NCBI GenBank assembly: GCA_051294375.1 | Contig: CM119263.1 | Coordinates: 25,758,436-25,822,435, forward strand | Reading direction: 5' to 3' | DNA from: Paraspadella gotoi | Lineage: Eukaryota; Animalia; Chaetognatha | DNA length: 64,000 bases | Part shown: positions 39,347-53,382 of the stretch, piece by piece | Position numbering within the stretch: the first letter of the stretch is position 1 | How the letters are laid out: every line of letters begins with the position of its first letter | Notes under the pieces: model-generated | The model's input: only the letters and a program-made list of their open reading frames with translations | Told to the model about the DNA's origin: nothing | Databases searched by the model: none | Program-made: the position numbers and the translations under genes

Positions 39347-42300
39347 CGTTGACGAAGCGAGAGTTTTTCTTTTTGGAGCCTTTCTTCGACTTGGCGACGA
39401 CAGCGCCGCCACCGCCCCCGCCTCCTGGATCGACTGACGACGCTGGGGATGACGCCGCGGAGTCGATGACGATGGCCGGCGTTGCCGTGGCGCCACTCAA
39501 CGGCGCCCCAAGGTCGGCGTCGAGTCCCAGCGGCGTCGTTTCCACGCGAAGAGGCTTCGAAAACCGCGACGGATCGGCGCCGCCCCGAGAGTCTGTTGAC
39601 GCCGCGGCGGACGGCGGCGTCGGAAGATCGTCGTCGACGAAGGCGTCGTTGGAGAAGGCGCCCTTCGCTTCTGGTTTGGAGACGGGGCGCCTCTTTTCTC
39701 CCTCAGCGTCGCCATGGTAACCATGATCTGGAAAATGGGAAACGTTTGGATTTTAATAATTCTTTTATTGTTCAGTTTTAATTAAGTCGGTTGGTTCGTA
39801 GGAAAGAGAGAATATGGGCTGAAAATATAAAGAGAATTGCGGGTTCTTTTTTTTTTTTAAGTATTAATGGGATCATTCTTTAAATAGAGTTCAAAAGTAC
39901 AATTTATTATTAAATTTTTTTTGTCAACATTTCGAAAGAAAGGTAAACCGTAGAGAAAAAAAAATGTCAACCTTCTACAATTTTTAAATCCAATTAATTA
40001 ATTAATTAATTAATTAAAAAGATGAGATCTCAAGAAAAACGAACAGGAGGTTTCGAACCATGCCGTTTCGAGAAAATATAGGGGGGGAGATGAATGGAAA
40101 AAGGAAGAAAAAAGAGAGGGGCACGGCGTGGGGGTGGGGCTGTACCTTTTGTTTTCAGCTTCTCGAGGGCGAACGTTAAATTGAAAAGAGGAAAGTAAAG
40201 TTTGAACCTTTTTTTTAACTTTCTAAATGAACAAATATTATCGAATTGATATGAGACAATGAGTTAACTTAAAAAATAAGAACAACCACAACAAAATAAC
40301 CACAACAAAACAACCACAACAACAACAACAACATCCCTCACCCGGCGACCCGCTCCGCGGAGTCTCCTCCGAACTCGACGGCGACCGCGGACTTCCGTCC
40401 GTCGGCGACGAGGAATCTCTCGAAACGCCGTCCGTCTTCCCCGACGCCGCCGCGTCCGTCCCCGGCGCCGTTTTTCCTCTCCCCGAAGTCGCCGCGTCGT
40501 CGTGGTGCGTCGCGGGCCCGTCGCCCGTCCGGACGTCGGTTAGCGTGGAGTCCGAGTCAGACAGTGGCGAGCGAAGGTCGGGCAAAGGATCGCGAGTTTG
40601 AGGCGTCGAGGTCAGAGCCGGGTTGAGGTCGTCGGAGGAAGCGTCGGACGGCGGGAAGCGGGCAGGGGGGTTGGCTCCGAGGGGGTCGTCGCCTGTGGGG
40701 GGGGGTAGGAGATGAGAGGGTGAGAAAGAAAAAGGTTGGGGTCGAGTGAGGATAACCTTACCTTGGAATCCAGGATTGGCGGCGCCTTTGGCAGAACCCG
40801 AAGGATCGAGGACGATGTCGTTCTCAGAGTGGGCGCTGCTTCGGTCGCTCGCCTGAGAGGCAGAAATAAAATGCTCTCGATTATCGGTTTCCAAAATGTT
40901 AATTAATTAATTAATTAATTAATGTCCATTAAAATGTGATGAGGATCAAAGGTGTCTAACCTAATTTATTCGTTTACTAACTCAATTCTAATCTCAATCA
41001 CTATTATTAAATCTCTTATTAAATCCCTTACATCTTGAAAGACACGATAACTAACTTCACTTAACTCTCTCTCTGTCTCTCACTCGACTCACCTGCGACG
41101 TGTTCCGACTTCGCTTCTTCAACGACGACTTTCTCGGCATCCGCGGAAGCTGCGGGGACTCGTTCTCGGAACCCAGGCCGGAGTCTGGACCGCAACCAAA
41201 GTATTTTTTTTTATATCGAGTTAACAAGCAGCTTGATCGAAATTTATAAAATACGCTCATTTACCCAATTGTAGTTTTTTAAAGATCCTTATGAGGGACC
41301 AACTCTAATTTAAAATTTGGACTATTAGGAAAGTTTTTTTTAATTGTCTTGACAAAATATTTAAGCAATCATTTTCCAAAAAAATTTACATTATACGTCT
41401 TGATTATTACATTAAATATTACTTACCTTTTTTTGACTCACTTATCATAAACATATTTAAAAAAAGAATTATACTTTGTGTAGACAACTTTTTATGAGCA
41501 ATCTGAATCTGGTCTTTGCAGGAATAAGTTTTATTTATTTGTGATAACGATTCATTTTATTTCAGTTTTAAAATTTTAAAATTTTAAAATTTTAAAATTT
41601 TAAAATTTTAAAATTTTAAAATTTTAAAATTTTAAAATTTTAAAATTCTTTAAAAAAATATTGGCCTTTCCTATCTATAAATTAATATTAAAAAAATTAA
41701 TTATTATATATTATTATTATTATATACTATAGAGCAATATAAAATTTTTTTGTACATTAAAAATATACTTAAAAATGTATAAATTTTCGTTTAAGCTTGT
41801 ACTCATTCTAAATTTTTGACTCACCCCATTGAGTGGGGCTACCCCTATCCTTATTCAGTATTGTGACATTCACTCGAACATATGTTCGTTATTCTCACCG
41901 GCGTGAACGTTGGCGCTGGTTCGTTTGCCTTTTGTTTCCGAAGAGTTCCTTTTGTTCGCATCGACTCCGTCAGATGTCATTCTCAACTTTTTCTTCAGAT
42001 TGGTCAACGTCCCGTTCTTTCGAGGGGACATGTGGTGCACGTCGGGGTTCTCGTTGAATCTGGCGAATATTGTTCGAAAGAAATCAAATTAAATACAATA
42101 TAAATATTAATATAATTATGGTTAAAAGTGGGTCTTCGCCGTATCAGAATTTTTAACGGACAGAGCAATTCCCATTATGGCAACGGGGAGGCATTTGTGA
42201 TGCCCGGGGTGTAAGGCATCTCCCGACAGCTTTAACTTTAATCAGCGTGACCGTGAGGGGATTAACCCAGAACTCACGGTTGGTGAACGAGTACTTAGTT

Positions 42301-45300
42301 TTCCAACCCAAGCAGAGTTTCACCAAGCTATACGGGAGACGAATTTAGGATTCGCCACACCAACACATTTTCCCATCACGCTACTAAATCTCCCATCATC
42401 TTCTCCCATCACCTGACTCTGAGTCCGTTCCCACTTTCGCTCCCAGTGTCGTCCCCGTTGCAACTCGCTGCCGATGATTCTCCAGTGTAGGTCGAGTCGA
42501 GCCCCCCGGGGTCTAGGGGGACCATGGGCTCTCTGCTTTTCGGTGAGAAGGGTTTTGAGAAAGGGGTATGGGGTAGGGAAAGGGTTTATGGGTATTGGGT
42601 ATTGGGTAAGTGGTATCGGGTGACGAAAGTAATAAGAAAAAAAAATATTGAAATCAAATTCCACGTGACATGAATATTAATTCGGCTCGCATGCTTCTCT
42701 AAATCTTTGTCTGTCAGTCTGTCGGTCTCCAGAGTAATTCTATATTTTATTGGTTTTCATGAGATGGAGTCTGCATGAAAAATTGACCATCCAACGACTC
42801 GAAAACAACCACCATCCAAATTCATCTCTCCAGCCCACCTTCTGGGCCCGTCCGGGTCGAAGGAAATCTTTCCCGAAGACACGTAAGAGATCTTCCCCAC
42901 TTTGGCCGCGTTGGTTCGATCCTCTTTGTCGAAACTAACTTCCACCGCTGCCGCCGTCGCCGCAGCCTGTTTCGGCTCCCCGGTTTTGTTTTTCTCCTGT
43001 TTCGCTTTGTTTTCGTTGTTTTGTTTCGGTTGTAGTTTGACTTTGCCAGAGTTTTGTTTCGGTTTGACGTCGCTCGGTTTGGATTTGACGTCTTTATTCA
43101 ATGTTTTGTCGTCGTTTTGTTTCGTTTTGACGTCCGGCTGTTTCGGCTTCGTTTCCCGTTTCGGCGATGGGGTTTTTTCCCTTGTCTTTGTCGGCGACGG
43201 CGGCGTCTTTGCCGTTGTCGTCGTCGTCGTCGGAAAAGGCGGCGCCGCAGCGGTCTTAGGCTCAGTAGAGGCTTGTGAAGGCAACGTTTGGAAGGTAGCG
43301 CGACCTACGACGATTATAATTATACGTAATGTAAACATAATTGGTTCATATATCAATAAATATCATGTCCACCACTCAGTCATTAAAGTTACGGGTACGA
43401 ATTCAATGCAACTGCAACACAAACCTGTGGTCGGTGATTTTGAGTTGTGGCTTCCTCTTGTGGGCGACTTGGACGATCGTCGAGTTGAATTTTGTCCTAT
43501 AATAATTTTTTTTCGACAGTTCTTATATATTCATTTGTTTAGTATGTTTACTTTTTTGATTTATTACTCTTTAGATACAAACCTGAGTTAGGGGATTGAG
43601 ACGCGCTTCTTGACGCATTCGTTGAGATGGCAGATTTATTTTCTGGCAAAATGTTCAGAGTAAAACATGAAAAACCAAATTCGAGGTCAAGGACAAGACA
43701 ATCTATTTTTAAAGCCACGAACAAAGTCGCTCCATAAAGAAAACACGATAGAGAGAGACAATCCACCACCTCCCCCCAACAAGCAGCCACCAGACGACAA
43801 TCGCCGAAAGCGACAATAAAATAAAGCCCTTAGGGGGAAGAAAGAGGGAGCCTAGGGGAGAAGAGGGGAGGGAAGAAGCCGAGGAGAGGGGGGGAGCAGA
43901 TTTCAATCGTTCGGTTTACCTGATCGGGGAGATTTGGCGCCCGAGGCGTTGGAGGAAACGGATCCGGCTGTGGAGGTGAACGGGGGGGGGAGATAGATAT
44001 AATCAGTCGAAAGTTGTCGATTGGATTAGAGATTCGTTGGGGGCGAATTGACCCACGAACGATAAATTTCGGTCTTTTTTTCCCCCCACGAATTTCCCCC
44101 CCCCCTTTTTCTCTTCAATTTCAGCGCTCATAAATATTCCGAGTCATGTACGGAAACTGATGCGCAAGCGAAAAATGGAATTTAGATATATCGTTGTCAT
44201 CATTTTGATAATTGACACGGAATTATCAAAGACGTCGTTGTCATCATTTTCGCCGTCTTCGTCGTTAATATCGTCGTCGTTATTTTCTTCTAAATCATAA
44301 GTTCATAAACTCATAATCATAAACCTGATACCACCCCCTTTAGGCGATTTATAAAGTCGAGACTCACCGGGACTTCTGGATCTGCTGCTGTTGGATTTCC
44401 GCCGGGGCTTCCGTTCTACTTCCTCAAGGCCAATTAACCGCTTCCAAAAGGCCGGCTGCGAAAGGCGACGAGGAAAAATAGAGAGATTTTAATACATCGT
44501 AGATAAAATGAAAACAATAGACAAAACGATCGACGTTCACCAACCTTTCCTCCCTCGGAGTCGACCGTGCTCCGGTTGCTAGGCGACCGAGAACGCGATC
44601 TCTCTTCGCCGGCGAAGCTGCCGTTGGTTTCGCTGCTGTTGCGGCTGGCGCGCGAGTTGCTGTTGTTGTTGCTGTTGTAGTTTTTCTTGGCGGATCGTTG
44701 CGAGGATCGGGGAATTGAACGACGACTCATGTGTCCCCGACTGAAATAAAAACAGACTCTAGTAATAAGTCGAAGGTAAGTCACAAAAAAAACCCCTTAC
44801 CCTAAACTCGGACTCTGACTGATGATTTTTTTAGTGGAGGCCGTGGAGGATGTCGAGGACGTCGACGGCGATTTGCCTGAAGGACGAAAGAAACGACATA
44901 GATTGACTTGACAATTGACGTGATTAAAACTAATTGTCAATTACTTTGTCATCATCGCTCTCTTTTTAATATCAAAATCTATCTCCTCTTCCAACTCGTC
45001 TGTGTCCTTTGCGCTACTTTTATTTCTTTAGTTCTTCTTTCTCTTAAATTCTCTTCAACCTTCCTCTCCACCCACTTCTCTACCTCCAAGAAGCTCCACT
45101 TCTCTCCCGCCTCCCTTCTTCCTAATCACTTCCTTCCCTTATCCTCACTTACCTTCCACCTTACTTCATTTCACTCACTTCTCTCCCCACCTTCCTTCAC
45201 TTCACTCACTTCTCTTCCTTTTTCTCATTTCCTTCCCACCTCACATCACTTCACTCACTTCTCTCACTCCTCACCTCCCTCTTCCATCTTCATCACTTCC

Positions 45301-46837
45301 GTCCCACCTTCCATCACTTTCCCCACTTAACTCACTTCTCTTCCTCCTTCTCACTTCCCTCCCCACCTTCCCTCACTTCACTCACTTCCCTCCCACCTCT
45401 TCATCACTTCCCTCTCATCTCCCCTCACTTCACTCACTTCTGGTCCGCCTCTTGCTCGACGTCTCTGGTCTTCCTCTCGACATCGGGTCAACGAATTCCG
45501 GTCTTCGCTCGCGCTTCGTCTCCCGCGCAGCTTCTCCCGTCTCCCATAAACTGGAAAAACAAATATCAACGTCAATCAATCAATCAAATAATCTAACAAT
45601 CAATGAATCAATCAATCACATCTATCGGTCAATCGATCAATCAATAGATAAAATATTTCATCATTCAGAAAATAAGTCGATCAAACAATCAATTCACTCA
45701 ATCCATTCAATAAATTTGTCAAAAAAACTCGTTCAATTAACCACTCAATTATTCCATTAATCAAACAATAAACCCGAAACAATCAATGAATTGACGATTT
45801 AATCATCAAACCATCAATCACTTCATTAATAAAACAATTAATCGATAAGGCCAGATGAAGAAAACGAGAATGGATTGAGACTATACAGAACGTCCGCTGC
45901 AACCACCGCTTTGAGGCTGTAATGTAATAGTGTTATTAGATTCAATATCCTTGGAAGAAAATCCCGAACTCACTTGGCGCCGATGCGACCGCTGACGCGA
46001 CTCTCCAAATCTTTGGGCGGCCATCTGTCGGGCAAACGACTTCGACCGTCGCAGAAACAAGTGTAGAAGAAACGAGGGAGGAAGACGTGGCGGCCTTTGA
46101 AGTTGTCTGGCGGGAATAGAGTAATGTAATGTAAAGAAGTATAATGACGATTAATTAATTATTAATTTACGTATAAATAATCTATGAAGACGGAAATAAT
46201 TCATTCGATTCTTAATCAATCAAACCTATTCGTCGTATTCGATCAATTATTCATTCTATAAATCAATCAATCACCTCGATTTCGATAATCAACTTCGAAC
46301 ATCTTGACGCTCCCCTGCGCCCCTGGCGGTGAAGCTCCGACCGAGATAGAATACACTTCTTGCGATTCACACTTGGGGCGCTGAAGAACGTCGAGTTCCT
46401 CTGAAGGATGAAAACAAAAGGGAAAATATAATACATCAACCAACAGGGATATTCCATCCATCAATCCATCAAATTATCCATTGATTCATTCATCCGTCCA
46501 TCCGTCCATCCATCCATGTTGATTGTTCAGAATAAGTTTCACATTTTCAAGAACAATGCCGTTAATTTTTTTTTAAAGTTGATACCTGTTTCTTTCCACC
46601 AAAAACACATTTTTTTTTGTTTTAGGAAGGCGAGTTTCTTTTTAATTTTGTATAAAAAGAAGTTTTAGATCAAACAATAGAAAGCTATTAAAAATATTTT
46701 TCACGGTCGTTTTTTTTTTCTTACGCAGTAGAACTAGAATCTGTTCGTCAGTACGTCCGTGACAAAACCCCCCTTAGCGAATCCAGTCCCGAAAATTTAT
46801 GTCGATCGGCTTTATATAAATTATAGATTTTTAAAAA

Positions 46838-46921
<84 letters not shown>

Positions 46922-47645
46922 TTGTCGCGGTCTCCCATTCGAGAAAAACGCGACTCGTTTCAACGTCAATTTTCCTTCCATTCGTAAACGTTAAAACATT
47001 TATTAATAATGACAGACTTTTTTCAAAAGCTAATGGGATTTAGTTATCTTTTTATTTTTCGCGCAATGATAATAGCCATCGGCGGTGAAATGATAATTTA
47101 GTAGCAAAGGTAGAATCGGCATTCATTGCGTTGAACAAAAGATTTTCTAGAAAAAGTCGAATTGTGAAATGACGACGTCGACGAATAGTTTCGAATTTGA
47201 AGTCGATTTTCTTTCCTCTTTTATCTTTGATTTTTAAAAACGAAGACCGACCGACTTAAAGGCGAATGACTGTTTTGTCCCAGGGCGATGACTCGACCTC
47301 AAGGTGCAAAAATCGGGAGGAAAAAAGACTTAATCTAATCTAACCTAACTTAATAGAATCGATGGATCGTATCCGCCGAATTCCTACCAAGTTTAACCAT
47401 TAACCAAACGGCCTGGGAAACTGTAACGGCGACAATAATTCGGCTCGGGTTCTATTTTATCTTTTTTTTTTCGCTCTTATCTTAGATCAATGATATGATA
47501 TGATATACAGATGCTTGCCTAGAAACCTTTTAAATTTTGAAATTTCAGAAAAATTTCGACCGTTACGGTTTGAGGTTCTCAAACGCCAAAGCGATCGGAT
47601 CGAGCAGGTTAGATTTTCTCAGATTCCTTCGATCGAGGAATCGAT

Positions 47646-47735
<90 letters not shown>

Positions 47736-48608
47736 GCGGGTGAAGCTGCGAGGTGAGGCAATGCACCTGCTGAAAAATAAAACGACAAAGAGAGAACTTC
47801 CCCCTTTTTTTCCATTCGTCTGTTTGTCTCAACACTTTAAACGTTTGTTCCCACAAAATAAATGAGAACGTCCGAAGATAAAGTTTCTTTGTATTATACA
47901 TATTCCAAAACAAAGGGTAATAGAGCATGTACAATGATTGATTAAAGATCTCAACCGTGACTAACATTTGATTCTCATAAATCCTTCTCAATTTTTTTGC
48001 GAACCAGTTGGTTCGGTTTCAGTTTTCTCTGTTTTCTTTCCATTTACATTCTTCCTTATACTTACCCTCTTCACTTACTCGCTTTTTCGACCCCACGGAT
48101 CGATTTTTCCTTACCTTTTTTCCCCTGTATTTTTTTTTGGACAAAAAAAATGTAGATCTCCAAACTTATATACCCGAATGAATGGAGGAATGACGCAATA
48201 GCAACTCACCAGTGAAGACGTAGATTTCGTACATTCCCATGATGAAGCCGATGAGGGCGAGAACGATTTGAATGGCAGCCTGTATAGTTTTATGTATAGT
48301 TTAAGATTAAATTGTTAGAAATAAAAATAAGATATTCCTTGTTGGAAGTAATAATAAAGTTAAAAAGTTTAAATCGATCGAAGAAAATCAACAAACAATC
48401 ACAAACATTGTCCATAGATTTCCCATTCGCAGTAGCAGAAGCAGCAGCATTTTCAGTCCATCGTCAGCTCACCATGATTGTTTCAATTGTGGCGTAATCC
48501 ATGTTGCATCCGGTCACGCGATCCTGAGGATGCAGCCCCGCCCCCTCGGGCGCAGTGCCGGCCGGTAACTCGTCGTCATCGAGCATCTGAAGAGAAAGAG
48601 AGGAGGAG

Positions 48609-48695
<87 letters not shown>

Positions 48696-50229
48696 GAAAG
48701 GCTATTAATAAGGTTTGTGATTCTTTCTCTTGAAGAAGACTGTGGCTGTAAATTCACACCGCCTCACATCTCCCTTTGTTCAGCCAATCCCATTGGCTCA
48801 TAGGGGGAAAGCATCACCCCAAGCATTACGTACCACAGTCCTAACGACCTCCCTCTGCGTTGGCAAAGCGAGACCGTCCTAGGGAAACCGCCCCCAAAGC
48901 CAACAGTGAGGTGCCTCATCACAATGGCCAACACAGGCAACCCAGCTGTTGCCATAGGACCCAATTACTTTTTTCGGTCATCCGGTATTTCATTAGGAAT
49001 TTAAATAAGCCAACATCCTGTTCTAAACTCACCCGACATCCGGGTCCGTTTGTGGCCCAGAACGAGTGGGATTCTCCTCCGAAATCGATGAGCGAAGATT
49101 CTTTCGTCAAAAGCCCCACTTCCTAAAATTGTGTCAGGTTGAAAGTATAAATCATAAGCTAATGTCAATTCAATATAAAAACTCATATCATAAACCAATT
49201 CAAAAGCCATTAAACTTTAACATGGCAAGGAATTTTACCAAATCGCTAATGAGTAATATGTCCAATACGGATTAGAGTAATAACTGTTTTTACGCTCGCC
49301 AACGGAACTGACCTGAAAGACGCAAATGACGAGAATATTCCATATGAACCAAAATATGAGCCAGCTGATGTAAAATCCCAAAAATTGCGGTTTGTACTTG
49401 TAGGTGCCCCACAGCGCTGAAGAAATAGTCAAAAAGAATAAAATTTGTCATTTATTAAATGAATAGATATTTTTTTATTATGACTACTCCAACCACACTA
49501 CCAACCACACTACCAACCACAAAAACCACAACAACCACAACCACGTCCTGTCGCCCTTGTGGACAGACCGAGTAGAGTAAATCCGATGTGAATGAGGTCA
49601 ACGACGAGGAGACCGAAGAGAGATCCCGCGCAGTCGAGGGCGAAGCGAACCACCACGGCGAGCAGGGAGATGCCGAGGAAGATGAACAGGCCTGAGGAAG
49701 GAGATAAAGAAAATAAAGAGGCCCGAAGAAGGAGATATTTTAAAAAATAAAGAGGCCCGAAGAAGAAGACATCATAGAAAATATAGAGGTTGGGGGAAGG
49801 AGATATAGTAAAGAATAAATTGCCTAGTGGAAGGAGATCTGATAGAAAAATAAAGAGCCAAAAGGAACAATTAAAACAAAATGATGCTAACTGGGAAGGA
49901 ATATGAAAGGATCGTGATAATAAAATGAAAAAAGCTTATCTTAAGCAACTGAAGGGAGAAGTGGAGAGTAAAAAATTGATGAGTTTTTAAAAGAAAAATA
50001 GACTTCATAAGAAAGGAAAAAGCGAAAAAAAAATCCAATCGTTGCTAATAGGCTCAAAATCATAAACTCGTTAATAAATAAATTGATCGACTATGTTAAC
50101 TTACAAAAAATTTACGAAGTGCTTAATTAGTAGTTTTTGACTGAGAATTAAATTATCTAAATATATATATTATATATGCTTAAGCGAATTATTACGTAGA
50201 TCCAAATTAAGATCCAACTCACTGTTAAA

Positions 50230-50309
<80 letters not shown>

Positions 50310-50453
50310 TTATCTATCAATCTATCTACCTATTTTCCTCATACCTTCACCACCATATATCAACTCGCCTCTCCGTCCGATTCCGTAGGCGGCCGATGGG
50401 CGTGGCCTCAGCACTGGAGCCGTCGACGACGTCTCAGAGTCGCACGTCGACAT
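38045..50453 (-). CDS. NKAIN: Na+/K+-ATPase beta-subunit-interacting protein (NKAIN family) with a long S/R/K-rich disordered C-terminal tail, about 22 exons
   Basis: Exons from ATG 50453 give [129 protein letters not shown], matching the NKAIN hallmarks (WN..IICFYLEVG, SWW..GPGC, GC.L.Y..VE, VFTEE). About 16 further exons chain to TGA at 38045; a few tail junctions are approximate. Confidence 0.85.
41566..41648. repeat. (TTTTAAAA)n self-complementary microsatellite, about 10 units
   Basis: Read directly from the sequence. Confidence 0.9.
45050..45440 (-). repeat. Degenerate purine-rich (GAAGTGAG/GAAGGTGG) minisatellite at the start of an NKAIN intron
   Basis: The plus strand shows repeated CACTCACTTC/CTCACTTC/CCACCTTCC units over about 400 bp. 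Confidence 0.7.
48757..48970. other. GC-rich, highly base-paired intronic island (unidentified structured RNA or TE fragment)
   Basis: Hairpins at 48782-48798, 48840-48883 and 48936-48953, and a long-range CCTCAC/GTGAGG pairing (48762/48906), within an otherwise AT/AG-rich intron. Confidence 0.4.
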
Positions 50454-53191
50454 TTCCTTTTCTTAGAAATGTTCAAGATAATTGTGTCGACCTCAGTTCT
50501 ATTCGAACGAACGTCTTCGATGCGTGACGAAAGTTGAGGTCGGAAATTTACGCATTTTTAAAAGTATTTTTTTAAAGGTTTCAAGTTGGATGTTGGCTTT
50601 CGTGGTGAAACATTTTAAGATGGATTTCTGAAATTTCTAATTCAAATAATAATATGAATTCGAATATTAAAACGATGGACATGAAATTTTTCTTTTTGAT
50701 TCAAACGAATATGTCATCCTCGCTCCGGGTGTTTTTTCCTTTTGTTTTCAGATATTTTATTGAGTTCAACTTATTTTTTTATAATAAAATCCGGGTTTTA
50801 CCGGTGGGAACGTTTGTTAAACCGAAAAAAAGTATCAAAAATATTTTTCCCAGAAATATTCGCGGAGTCGATGCAGCGCGTGTAAATGCATATCAATAAA
50901 AAAAAAAAAAATAAAAAAAAACAAACTAAAACGAAACAATTTTACGGCTCACTCCGCTTCAGTATCCCAAATGAGGCAATTACTTTTGTTTACATCTTAT
51001 CCGTGTTTGTTCGGCGAGGCTCTCTCCCTTTGTTTACTTTAATTCGGGTAAATTGTTTACAAACCTCTCGGTGAGGCGTGACGAATCGGTCTCGTGAATG
51101 CGAGGAAGGGTAACGCTCTGTGACTGATCTTTTTTTTTTTTTTTTGCGTGAATGCCGACATTATTTGTTTTGGGCAAAATCGAGTGGAGATTAGTGTAGG
51201 TGGCGGTGAGTGTGTTTGCTTACAAAGGAGGATTCAATTGTGATGGAGGGCGGAGGTGGTTGTTTGCGAGAGTGTCGGTCTGGCGGTGGAGGTAAAAAGC
51301 CTCAATTGTTGACGATTATTTAAAATATTTTGTTTGATCATTTTGTTTATTCGATTACAAATGAATAAATTTACTGAACCCAAAAGGAGTTAGACTTAAA
51401 CATTAGTTAAAACAAACAAAAAGAAAACTAATTATTCCCGCGGAGCAAACAAGTTTGAACAAAATTATTTTCCAGTATTTTAATTCTCGACGATTTTTCG
51501 TCTGGTGATAAATAAAAAAAAATCGTAGGGTCCTGATTTCCACTCGAAGTTTAATATCTGTTTTTGCTCCACTTCAAATTTCAAATTTCAACTCGAAATT
51601 CGTCGCACAGAGTTTTTGTTTTATTTCTTTCTTTTTTTCTTTTTTTTTTCGAAGCGTTTGTTGTTAGATTCTATATTCAAAATGGCCGACGCTAATGGCG
51701 TCAAAAGGTGTCTTTTTTCAAAGAATCTCTCTCTCTCTCTCTCTCTCTCAGTCATGAAACGCAAAATCTTGAGGAATCCTATCATACCTTCTCCCAGCTA
51801 AGGCGGAGGTGGGTTCTGGAAGGGGAGTCTTATAAAATAATCTTACTCATCTAAATAAACTTACAAAACCTTTTTACCGCAAAGTGAAGCTGAAAAATTT
51901 AGTTAAAAAATTCTCATCAAAATTGTTTCAAGATTCTTTGAAACTATTCTTTATTCTTTATTTTTTTAGTTGCGAAGTTAGCCAGCTTTGCCTCTTCCGT
52001 AACCCGTTTGATTACGTGTTGTCCTACCGCCCTTACCTTTCACCTCCTCCTCTTCTTCCTCCTCCTCCTCTTACTCAACTTGAGTCAGATTCTCTGCTGC
52101 AGGTTTAACTCGTCTTTCTGTCCTTACCTTTCATTCTTCCTCCTATAACTCTTCCTCCTCTAATTACTTTATTATTGGGCGTTCCTCTTCTTTTATCCTC
52201 TTCTCCCTCCGTCGATGCTTCGTTGGCAAACATTTGAAGCAGTACCTCTCAGGCTGAGAGACTCAGCCAATTTCTCTCTATTTTCTCTTTGAAAATCTTT
52301 TCTTAATTGAGTGGCGCGTTTTAAACTCGCCTTTGAAAACCCTACTTTTAATCAAAGCCGATGATTGGGCGAAAAGTTGCGTCGCACCAACCAATCATGG
52401 GCCTATGATTTCAGGACAAAGTTTTGTGACGGTTGTTGAGCGTCTTATAATCCGAGAAAAACAGGAAATAAGACGGATGAGAATTGGTAATTTGCGAAAC
52501 TGACAACTGTCGAGGAATATGACTTTGATAGCTTCAGTACGGAAAGTTCTGATTTCATATTTTTAAGTATTCCTAACTGATTCGGAAATTCAACTCACTT
52601 TAACTTGCTGAGGTTAAACCTATTTTTTATGCTTATAAACACCAAAAAAATCTAAACTTTTTTACTTTCGTCTATTCATATACATGTTTATGACCATCAA
52701 GTAAATATTTAAAAAAAATTGTATACTCGTCATTCATGGTTTTAGTTTTATTTTTTTAATGAAATTATAAGCGTTAATGATAAGTTATGACAATAAACCG
52801 ACGGATCGAAAACTCTCATCTACAAATCGCTCCTTCGCGATTGAAAAAGAGAATTTCTTCTTAAAACGAAGCGGTAAAGCGAATCAATCGAAGGAAATCT
52901 GAAAAACAAAAGACGGCGAAGCGAAGATCGAAGATCGAAGATGAAGGATTGGAAAAGAGAAGCTCTGAATTCCCCTTTCTAAAGTGGAGACCGTAGGATC
53001 GGCGGGAGAGACGGACGAATGTCCTCCCGAGGAGCCGGTGCATGACGTCGAGGTGCGATGGGGTCCAGGGAACGGAACGGGGTGATTGAGTCATTGAGTT
53101 GCGAGAAGAGAACAGGTCAGACATTCATAAAAGTAGACGGATCCGATTTGCCTTAACTAGGACTGAATCATGGCCATGAAATACGAAGGAC

Positions 53192-53302
<111 letters not shown>

Positions 53303-53382
53303 CAAAGAGTTAAATAATATTCAAAAAGATTTAGCTTATCTCTCATCTCCCCTACCAAAAATAGAGCCAGGGACTACCGAGG

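Noticed and set aside
39190-39781. Long plus-strand ORFs (also 42902-43591, 35725-36288, 128-415)
   Set aside because: They are antisense shadows of real minus-strand exons, with no independent motifs.
48757-48976. RNase P/MRP RNA or HDV-like ribozyme
   Set aside because: GGGGAAAG and ACCCAATT plus a T-run are suggestive, but I could not build the P4 pseudoknot or the HDV nested double pseudoknot.
52860-53053. Upstream coding exon of the ABHD12-like gene starting at ATG 52941
   Set aside because: That frame hits TAA after about 11 codons, and the frame matching the next exon has no ATG. It may be 5' UTR.
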